This document shows, in pieces, positions 56,873 through 64,000 of a stretch of DNA of 64,000 bases (position 1 is its first letter; every line of letters starts with the position of its first letter). Location of the stretch: positions 672,001 to 736,000 of the forward strand of contig CAXXOU010000004.1 in NCBI GenBank assembly GCA_963677495.2, given 5' to 3'. The notes beneath the pieces were generated by a model. That model ran no database searches. It saw only the letters and a list, made by a program, of their open reading frames with translations, and was not told where the DNA came from. Source of the stretch: Candidatus Cloacimonadales bacterium (GTDB taxonomy: Bacteria > Cloacimonadota > Cloacimonadia > Cloacimonadales > JAFGVF01). Both the position numbers and the translations under genes were made by a program.

Positions 56873-58891
56873 GTGTTTAAGAAAATTTTTAAGAAATGGA
56901 AACGGATAGCGAAGAGCGAACTGACTGAAGTTCAGGTTGAGCTCGTATCGTTGCTGTTTGATGACAAGAAACCTGCCAATGGTAAGACTTATACTTACAA
57001 ATCAACTGATGGCAAGACTATCAAGGCTGTAAGTAAGAGTACTACTACCAAGATCAAGAAAGATGAAGCAAAGGGTCTTGTCTATGTTACTATCATGGAA
57101 CCGGGAGTTACTGATTCTCAGGGTGATTCTTATTCAGAAGAGACTGTTCGTAAAGCTATGGAAGATGCAGCAGGACGCAACATCTTCAGGAAGTTTGATC
57201 AGAATCATAACATGGATGTGGTTGATGGTGTCACCATGGTTGAGAGCTTTATCCTTACCGGAAAAGATGAGAGATTCCCAGATGCTGCAAAAGGCTCATG
57301 GGTTGGTGTTCTGAAGTTTGATCAAAGCAAAGAGTTATGGCAGAGAGTTAAGGATGGTCGCTTTAATGGTGTTTCCATCTTTGGAAAGGCTGCTTATGAT
57401 GATGAAAATTCTGCAGAAACTGTTAAAGAGCTGATTGATAATCTTAAGCAAGTGAAGAAAGCTTTAGAAGAAGCCGGAAACAAAGAAGCAGCGACTGCTG
57501 TACAGACTAAGATTAATGAAATTGAGAAGAGTAACAACTCAGACATCTCTGAGATTGTTAAGAGCATAAAGAGCCTTGAGAGTACACTTACCAAGACCCT
57601 TGAGAAGGCTTTTTCAATGTCAATCAAAACAGAGGGAGGTGCACCTGTGATAGTGAAAAAAAGCTTTGGTGGTGTGCAATATGACTACAATGAGAAGTTA
57701 GTAGAGATTTATAAGTCTTTTGCTAATATCTATTCCGGTGACAACATGAACATGCTTGCTGACAACCTTGGTAATCAGTTCATGGATGCTACTCTTGAAG
57801 ATCCTAATGATGATACTTTATCCGATATCACTGTTGCTCCTCTTGGTAGAGACAACAAGATTGATAAGGGACTCATTAACGATATTATCTTAACTAATAC
57901 AGCTGATGGCACTGCACCAGAAGATGCTCATTCTCATGGTGACTTAGAAATATCCCCACAAGTACTTAAGGCTGATATCTCACTAAGCGAAGATACTGCT
58001 GAAGAGTATAGAGATTCTATGGGTGTGAATGAGTTTGGTGCATACATGGAGAAGAAAATCACTAATGGGGTTAAGACTGCTGTTAAAAAGCTTCTCTTTA
58101 AAGGTGATAGAACCGGAGCTACTGCGGTGAAAGCTATGAATGGTGTTATCAAGCTTGCTACAGCTAACGATGACATCACTGAGATTGATGGAGCTGACGT
58201 CTTAGCTCGCATTGACAATGCTTTGAGAACCTTCTCTGAGAATATGTTAGTCAACATGGAGAACTTCGTAATCTATCTCACACCTGCAGACTGGTTAGCT
58301 TTATCTCAGCTTAGAGATAAAGATAGAACTGATCAGGGTCGTCTTGTGAAAGAGAAAGGGAAGATGTGGCTTGATGGTATTCCTGTGAAGAAACGCTACA
58401 TGACAGCCGGATACATGATCATCGGTTTAGCTAAGTTCATCTGTCTTGGTTATATCAGAGATGCTAGATTGAAGATTGAGCATAAAGGCTCAGACTCTAA
58501 GTTTCACTGGTACCCAAGAATCCGTGCTGGTGTGAACTATGTACCAGGTGGCTTTGTGAAAGTATTCAAGTTTGTTGCTAACAAGGCTCCAGTGGCTTCT
58601 AATGTTGAGATCTTACAGGATGGATTGAATACCGGAGATGAGCTTGTAGGATCCTATGATTACTCTGATAGCTATGGTGATGTTGAAGGTGCATCAACCT
58701 TTAGATGGTTGAGCTCTGCAACTGCTAACGGTACTTATGCAGCTATTGCAGGTGCAACTTCTGATAAATTCGAGATCACTGCTGATCAGGCAACTAAGTA
58801 TATCAAATTTGAAGTAACTCCTAAAGATGAAAATGGAAATGCAGGTGCTGCAGTACTTTCAAGTGCTGTTGGTGCATGCACAAATGAATAA
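56873..58891 (+). CDS. Fused XkdF-like prohead protease / scaffold / major capsid protein with C-terminal Ig-like domain
   Basis: KGLVY..MEPGVTDSQGD...DQNH...VESF...GSW...LWQRVKDGRFNGVSIFG, coiled coil, capsid-like LLFKGD...MNGVIK...LDGIPV, tail YDYSDSYGDVEGASTFRW...IKFEVTP. Confidence 0.8.
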   Translation: MFKKIFKKWKRIAKSELTEVQVELVSLLFDDKKPANGKTYTYKSTDGKTIKAVSKSTTTKIKKDEAKGLVYVTIMEPGVTDSQGDSYSEETVRKAMEDAAGRNIFRKFDQNHNMDVVDGVTMVESFILTGKDERFPDAAKGSWVGVLKFDQSKELWQRVKDGRFNGVSIFGKAAYDDENSAETVKELIDNLKQVKKALEEAGNKEAATAVQTKINEIEKSNNSDISEIVKSIKSLESTLTKTLEKAFSMSIKTEGGAPVIVKKSFGGVQYDYNEKLVEIYKSFANIYSGDNMNMLADNLGNQFMDATLEDPNDDTLSDITVAPLGRDNKIDKGLINDIILTNTADGTAPEDAHSHGDLEISPQVLKADISLSEDTAEEYRDSMGVNEFGAYMEKKITNGVKTAVKKLLFKGDRTGATAVKAMNGVIKLATANDDITEIDGADVLARIDNALRTFSENMLVNMENFVIYLTPADWLALSQLRDKDRTDQGRLVKEKGKMWLDGIPVKKRYMTAGYMIIGLAKFICLGYIRDARLKIEHKGSDSKFHWYPRIRAGVNYVPGGFVKVFKFVANKAPVASNVEILQDGLNTGDELVGSYDYSDSYGDVEGASTFRWLSSATANGTYAAIAGATSDKFEITADQATKYIKFEVTPKDENGNAGAAVLSSAVGACTNE

Positions 58892-58957
58892 CCTATAAAC
58901 TCACGGGATTAGCGAGTCACACTTCGTTGCGACTCACTTCTCCCGGTTGGAGGAATT

Positions 58958-59494
58958 ATGAAACGATTTATTAATGTGCTGTTGATAGTTATGGTTCTGG
59001 GAATGGTTGCAATGCCAGCTTTGGCTGCAGACGCATTTCCCCAAGCTCCTGATGTCGCACAGGTGACTGCTTCTGAAGAACATACAAGTGTACCTTGGGT
59101 TGCAATTTCAGGCTGGGTCATATTTGTCCTTGTAGCGGGGTTCTTCGCTTGGAAGAAATTCGTTAACAAGCAGGCTTTATCTCAATCTGAAGTTGATATG
59201 ATCTGCGATATGCTACCAGGTAAGAATGCAAGTTGGAGACCAATTGTTGAAAGGTTTGTGACTGCTATCTATGCAACTGAGGATTCCCATCGAGGGAAGA
59301 AGGGATATCAGAAAGCAGAGATAGCAACAAGAGCAGCCCTGGATATGTTGAAGTATGACGCAAAAGTCAATGACAGTAAAGTTAGCAAGCTCCTTAAAAC
59401 TGTAACCGGTGGGGCTAAAACCATCACTTCTGTGGCTTTTAATGCTTTAGTTAGTAATGGAGCCCAACAGCTTGTGAAAAGCATCAAATTTTAG
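58958..59494 (+). CDS. Phage membrane protein (holin-like)
   Basis: Signal peptide plus TM helix; KKGYQKAEIA pattern. Confidence 0.5.
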   Translation: MKRFINVLLIVMVLGMVAMPALAADAFPQAPDVAQVTASEEHTSVPWVAISGWVIFVLVAGFFAWKKFVNKQALSQSEVDMICDMLPGKNASWRPIVERFVTAIYATEDSHRGKKGYQKAEIATRAALDMLKYDAKVNDSKVSKLLKTVTGGAKTITSVAFNALVSNGAQQLVKSIKF

Positions 59495-59502
59495 GGGGAA
59501 AT

Positions 59503-60033
59503 GTGGCACCAGTATCAAAACCAACCTTACCAGCCGGAACAGATCTCAGTTTTGCAGAACTACTTGATGGCTTGGAAGGTGGACATATCTACCTTGGAGA
59601 AGGCTCCTATGCAGATATCGCTGCGGTGAAAGCAGCTTTTTCTGATCAGGATGTTGCAGCAGCAACTTTGGCAGCTGGATTCATCTCTATGGGTGAGTTG
59701 GCTGAGAACCCAGGTAAAGCTAACAGCAAGGCTGAGAAGAAGAAAACTTACCACTATATCAAAGAAGGTAAGAGAACCAACGTCGTTGAGTTGCATCTTT
59801 CCGGTGTGACTGAAGAACAGAAGAACTATCTTGAAAGTTCTCTCAATTCAACAGCTAAAACCATCGTGGTTCAGAGTGATGATCTAAGCACTATAGTGGT
59901 GTTTAATGGTCTCAAATGGACGGCTGATTGGGATGGTGAGTTTGATGACTATTGGGACTGGACTATCAATACGGAATTTAACGGAGCGACTGCAGCTAAA
60001 ATCGTACCTCTTCAGTGCGATCCTGCAGCTTAG
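59503..60033 (+). CDS. Putative major tail tube protein
   Basis: 176 aa, acidic and beta-rich, MGELAENPG; position. Confidence 0.5.
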   Translation: MAPVSKPTLPAGTDLSFAELLDGLEGGHIYLGEGSYADIAAVKAAFSDQDVAAATLAAGFISMGELAENPGKANSKAEKKKTYHYIKEGKRTNVVELHLSGVTEEQKNYLESSLNSTAKTIVVQSDDLSTIVVFNGLKWTADWDGEFDDYWDWTINTEFNGATAAKIVPLQCDPAA

Positions 60034-60161
60034 ATAATCAAGGGAGCTGTGAATCATGTATGTGCTGACTGAGGAAACAGACAACAGACACAGCTCCCTA
60101 ACTTTTGTGGTTTCAAATTGCTACTTAATAGGTAGCAGCTTAAAACTTCAAGGAGGTAAAG

Positions 60162-60470
60162 ATGCCTAAAGGTGATATGAGTTTGAAAGAAGGCAAGAAT
60201 GGTCATGGAATACCTATTGCTAAGAGATTTAGTACTAAGAAGCATATTCTTTCCGGGAGTGATGCAGAAGAGATTAATGTGCCTGATACGGTTGGAGAGT
60301 GTGAAGTTGTGAGTTCTTCAGCTTTCACAGTTTATGAAACTGCCGGAGCTGATGGGTTCCCGGTTGCAGCTAATGAGAAAGAGTACTTACCATTGCTTTC
60401 TATGGATAGCTTCTGGGTTAAGGGTGAGAATGAGCAGGAAATCTACATCAAGTTTTATGGGTTGAAGTAA
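60162..60470 (+). CDS. Small beta-rich virion protein
   Basis: SD GGAGG, 102 aa. Confidence 0.55.
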   Translation: MPKGDMSLKEGKNGHGIPIAKRFSTKKHILSGSDAEEINVPDTVGECEVVSSSAFTVYETAGADGFPVAANEKEYLPLLSMDSFWVKGENEQEIYIKFYGLK

Positions 60471-61294
60471 TGAAGTGTAGATCCGGGAGCAGAATGCAGA
60501 GACCAGGGAAGCCTAGTCTTCTACTAGCTGAGACTTCAGTCTATAAAGCAAGGGTGCAAGCTGATGGTGGAACAATAAGCACTGCCAGCTTGTTGAAAAT
60601 CAATGCAGATATAGCTAAGTTCAAAGAGATTGGTATATGGAACAAGATGTATCAATATATTGTTGCTGATGGTGGATTAAAGACGGATGGAACAAGTCCT
60701 GTTAGGGTAACAAAGGCTTATGATGTTAAGTCTACAAAAGATGTTGTCTCAACCATTGAAACCGAGCAACCTTACATTGTTAGAGGATCTGAAAATTACT
60801 TTGATTTTACACCAGCCTTATCAAACCTCCACGGATCATATGGAGAAACTATAGCTCAGCCGTACGAGACTCTTGTACTTCCGAGAACGGGTGGTGGCTA
60901 TGGTTATCTTGTAGACGGTTACGGAAGCTTAACAGGTGTGATAGGTGTTATACCTGCTGGTGATAAAATCAGAATTTATGCAGGTGCTGCAGGTGACTTT
61001 GCTTCCGGTACTTGGGCACCACCATCTCAAATTCTTGTAAGGATGAATGGTGCAGTATCGCAGGTGTGGAAAAACAATCTTAGCTTAGGTATTGTTGATC
61101 CAGGGAGCTCTAGCATTAGTGGTCTCTATTTTGGTAACAAAAATAATCCAAGCTCTACATTAGGGTATGAAGGTACTGCTTATGGTGTTATAAGATTCAA
61201 ATCAGGTACAAGTAACCTCTTAACATCTACTGAGAGAACTGAACTAGCAACTTACTTACAAAGCAGATTCAACCTTAATGCATTGGAGGAATAA
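60470..61294 (+). CDS. Putative fibre/receptor-binding protein with ConA/LamG-like C-terminus
   Basis: YKARVQADGG N-terminus, Gly/Ser-rich beta region, LTSTERTELATYLQSRF ending. Confidence 0.55.
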   Translation: MKCRSGSRMQRPGKPSLLLAETSVYKARVQADGGTISTASLLKINADIAKFKEIGIWNKMYQYIVADGGLKTDGTSPVRVTKAYDVKSTKDVVSTIETEQPYIVRGSENYFDFTPALSNLHGSYGETIAQPYETLVLPRTGGGYGYLVDGYGSLTGVIGVIPAGDKIRIYAGAAGDFASGTWAPPSQILVRMNGAVSQVWKNNLSLGIVDPGSSSISGLYFGNKNNPSSTLGYEGTAYGVIRFKSGTSNLLTSTERTELATYLQSRFNLNALEE

Positions 61295-61518
61295 TGTACG
61301 CTCTCTTTAAGAACAAAGACGATTATCTGACAAAGTTAAATGAGGTTAATCAAGCTTTAGGTTATCCCAACTTAGTCGGAACAAATACTTATGCAACTGA
61401 GGAACCTATTCTTACTATCTGTGGGCATTATGCAATGCCTGTGGTGCAGCATGTACAGCAACTATTTAACGACGAAGAATTGGTTGAATCTGTTGAATGG
61501 GATACATTGGAGGAATAA
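61294..61518 (+). CDS. Hypothetical phage protein (possible fibre chaperone)
   Basis: TAATG coupling, SD GGAGG. Confidence 0.55.
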   Translation: MYALFKNKDDYLTKLNEVNQALGYPNLVGTNTYATEEPILTICGHYAMPVVQHVQQLFNDEELVESVEWDTLEE

Positions 61519-61740
61519 ATGAGTAGAGGCAAGAATCCTAATCAAACTAACAACCAGAAAGAGACCATGCTTGAGCGTGATGTTCGTGAAGTAAGGGAAT
61601 GTGTCTTTGGTAATGGGAAACCCGGTTTAAAGTATGAAATCGTGCGTATAAAAAGCAACCTGAAGTTCAATACCTGGTTAACCGGAGCAATCGCTTTAGC
61701 TCTGATAACCGGAGTTATTAAGCTCCTCTTCTTCTTTTAG
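61519..61740 (+). CDS. Small C-terminal-TM protein (XhlA/holin-like)
   Basis: VFGNGKPGL plus C-terminal TM helix. Confidence 0.6.
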   Translation: MSRGKNPNQTNNQKETMLERDVREVRECVFGNGKPGLKYEIVRIKSNLKFNTWLTGAIALALITGVIKLLFFF

Positions 61741-61746
61741 GTGGTG

Positions 61747-62208
61747 ATGATGGCAAAAGGATCAAGAGATTATAAGAAGTTATCACGAATCGCATTCCAA
61801 ATGTGGCAAGATGGAACCAGAGATATTAAGGACATAGCCAAACTCCTTGATGTTGGTGACAGAACTGTGTCTCGGTGGAAGTCTAATGGTAAATGGGTTG
61901 AACTTGAAAATGAGGAAGCAGAACTTGAGAGAAAGACACTAATAGTTGCAAGAAGAGTAAGATTAAAAGCTCTTGAAGAGTATGAACAGAATCCTCATGA
62001 TAAGGAAGTTCAGAGCCTTGTTCTCTTGTTAAGAGACATCGAAAAGAAGGCTCAACCAGCTAAAGAACTTCTAAACTACATCATCAAGTTTTTAGATCAA
62101 ACAACAAACTATTTCATTGAAAAAGGTCTATTAGATGAACTCGCAATGATCCAAGAGCATGTTCCAGATTTGGCAGAGTATCTTAAAGCAAAAAATCAAG
62201 GTGTTTAA
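61747..62208 (+). CDS. Terminase small subunit (N-terminal HTH)
   Basis: IKDIAKLLDVGDRTVSRWKSNGKW, directly upstream of the large subunit. Confidence 0.75.
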   Translation: MMAKGSRDYKKLSRIAFQMWQDGTRDIKDIAKLLDVGDRTVSRWKSNGKWVELENEEAELERKTLIVARRVRLKALEEYEQNPHDKEVQSLVLLLRDIEKKAQPAKELLNYIIKFLDQTTNYFIEKGLLDELAMIQEHVPDLAEYLKAKNQGV

Positions 62209-63719
62209 TGGCATTAAAGTGGACTAAAGTACAAAAACTTAAACTTGAAGAAATAGCTGGTAAAACTCCAGAAGTCTTACCTTTTGAAGCAGATACACCT
62301 GCTAAGAAAAAGAGACGTAAAAAAACTTCTGCTAAGCCTAGTTGGGAAGGCTTTAGTTTCTTTTGTAAAACATACTTTAGCAACGTCTTCACTAACGAGT
62401 TTAACGGTGATCATAAAGAAGCGTTTGAATATGTTGAAGGTAATGTCCATGGTATTACAGCTATAACCGGATATAGGGGACTTGGAAAAACCACTGAGTT
62501 TGCATTTGCTTATGTCATTTGGAGACTCGCTACACAAGGTGATCAGTTCAATTTGAATATTGCTGCTGATAGGGATCTCGCTGATGCAAGAACAGCAGCT
62601 ATTCATTATGCGTTAAACAACAATGTTAGAATCAAGAATGACTATCCAGAAATGATTCCTCTTAATGATGACACTAAGAACTATTCCTTAGGGAATAAGG
62701 CACTTATAAAGGCTCAGGGTATAAAAAAGAATGCAAAGGGTGCTAAGAATTATAAGACTCAGAAAAGAGTAGATTTACTGATTTATGACGATGTGGATGA
62801 TGAAGATAACCAGGGGAACAGAACTGTAGGCTTCAAGAAAATGAATAAAATCAAGGGTGATGGGTTTGGAGCCCTAATTCCCAAAGGTGGAAGAGTAATT
62901 TGGCTTGGGAATGAAACACACCCAAACTTTGCCATTGCACAGTATGCAGCTGATATAAATAAAAAGCAAAAGACAGGGCATTTGATTAAAGGATATCAAA
63001 TTTTTCTAAGATATTCAATCGAAGATGAGAATGGTAATAGCAGATGGCAAGAACAGTATTCCAATGAGGATTTAGCAGCAATTAGAGAAATCATGGGTTA
63101 TACTGTATATTGTCGAGAGATGCTAGGAAAGCCAATCATTGAAGGCTCTGTTTTCAAGGCAGAATGGTTTACGTATTGGGAGAAGTTACCAAAGAAATTC
63201 AAGTGCGTCTGGATGTATGCTGATCCATCGTGGGGTGAGAAGGGTTGCTATAAGGCAATAGTCATTATTGGGCTTGGTTATGATGGTAAATATTATATGA
63301 TAGATTGCTGGGTTAGACAAACTAGCAACACTGTCTTCTACACTGAGTTCATTGAGTTATTCTACAAAGTTAAAAAGATGGGTGGTAGGACAGCTATGGA
63401 GACAGTCTTTGGTCAACATAGACATCTGAAAGACATGGATGATTACTGTGAAGAGATGGGTATGTTGCCTATATCACACTGGATAAAGCATATTAATACA
63501 AAAGAAGATAAGAGTATGAGGATAGAACGGCTTGAAACGTCTATTGAACGTGGAAAACTATTATTTTGTCACCATGGTGATATAACAACTTTAGAAGGGC
63601 AGTTCCTTTCTTATCCTGATGGGTATTTGGATGGACCAGATGCAACAGCAGGAGCAATGGAAAGATTCCCAAAATACACAAGAAGAAGACCAGCAAGAGT
63701 TCGAAGACTCAATTACTAG
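62208..63719 (+). CDS. terL: Terminase large subunit (Mu gp28-like)
   Basis: GYRGLGKTT, LLIYDDVDD, YADPSWG, DGPDA. Confidence 0.9.
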   Translation: MALKWTKVQKLKLEEIAGKTPEVLPFEADTPAKKKRRKKTSAKPSWEGFSFFCKTYFSNVFTNEFNGDHKEAFEYVEGNVHGITAITGYRGLGKTTEFAFAYVIWRLATQGDQFNLNIAADRDLADARTAAIHYALNNNVRIKNDYPEMIPLNDDTKNYSLGNKALIKAQGIKKNAKGAKNYKTQKRVDLLIYDDVDDEDNQGNRTVGFKKMNKIKGDGFGALIPKGGRVIWLGNETHPNFAIAQYAADINKKQKTGHLIKGYQIFLRYSIEDENGNSRWQEQYSNEDLAAIREIMGYTVYCREMLGKPIIEGSVFKAEWFTYWEKLPKKFKCVWMYADPSWGEKGCYKAIVIIGLGYDGKYYMIDCWVRQTSNTVFYTEFIELFYKVKKMGGRTAMETVFGQHRHLKDMDDYCEEMGMLPISHWIKHINTKEDKSMRIERLETSIERGKLLFCHHGDITTLEGQFLSYPDGYLDGPDATAGAMERFPKYTRRRPARVRRLNY

Positions 63720-63727
63720 GAGGAAAG

Positions 63728-64000
63728 ATGAGAGTTTATACTAACCTAAACACTTTAAAGAAGGTTAAGCACTTGTTGAAACAATTAGATTTAGGGCATC
63801 TATTAGATGGTGGAGAACCTAATCCCAATACAACAGTATCCGGGATACTCGATAAGCTACTGGATGAAGGCTTAATGGAAGAGTTCATGCAGACAATCAC
63901 AAGAGATAATCAGACAGACTTTGCAGAAATGGAGCTGGTTGAGATGAAGGAGGTGATCTCAAATTTTTTGTCAGGTATCATCGAATTCTTGCCCGAATCT
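63728..64000 (+). CDS. Phage protein, truncated by the window (possible tail assembly chaperone)
   Basis: SD GGAGG, ATG 63728, open to the window end; helical and acidic. Confidence 0.55.
   Translation, partial: MRVYTNLNTLKKVKHLLKQLDLGHLLDGGEPNPNTTVSGILDKLLDEGLMEEFMQTITRDNQTDFAEMELVEMKEVISNFLSGIIEFLPES

Larger units (their letters stand above)
39826..64000 (+). mobile_element. Mu-like transposable prophage (left boundary tentative; continues past the window)
   Basis: Repressor divergent from an early operon with DDE transposase, AAA ATPase, GemA-like and DUF3164 genes, then MuF, portal, capsid, tail and terminase genes. Confidence 0.9.

Noticed and set aside
57654..57664. Programmed frameshift at the A7 run in the capsid ORF
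   Set aside because: The ORF is already continuous in frame 0 and I saw no useful alternative-frame extension.
60040..60098. Hammerhead ribozyme (ctgactga...gaaac inside a stem)
   Set aside because: The core is not CUGANGA and there is no stem II between it and GAAA.

Overview
AT-rich bacterial chromosome segment. The secreted proteins (LPVTLS-F-A motif, FlgD/T9SS-like C-terminal domain, cleaved-adhesin-like domains) suggest Ca. Cloacimonadota or another FCB-group anaerobe, which is an inference. Bases 1-39.8 kb carry housekeeping genes: tldD, gcvT, metK behind a SAM-II riboswitch, pyrB-C-K-D behind a PyrR site, kdsD, dtd, a LytS/LytTR pair, gcvPA/PB, tRNA-Ser(GGA) and ptb. Their intergenic spaces are packed with several palindromic repeat families, one HUH tyrosine transposase (RAYT-like) flanked by inverted REP units, two apparently identical inverted IS21 copies and two small AT-rich islands of unknown function. 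From about 39.8 kb to the window end lies a Mu-like transposable prophage with a DDE transposase, MuB-like ATPase, GemA-like and DUF3164 genes. It has an atypical PBSX-type head module, a protease-capsid-Ig polyprotein, a MuF toxin/immunity-like pair, a PIN moron and a 119-bp tandem array at its left end. The most unusual signal is that host intergenic palindromic repeats occur in frame inside several prophage genes, forming a ~350-bp mosaic within the transposase. No CRISPR array, reverse transcriptase or rRNA was seen.
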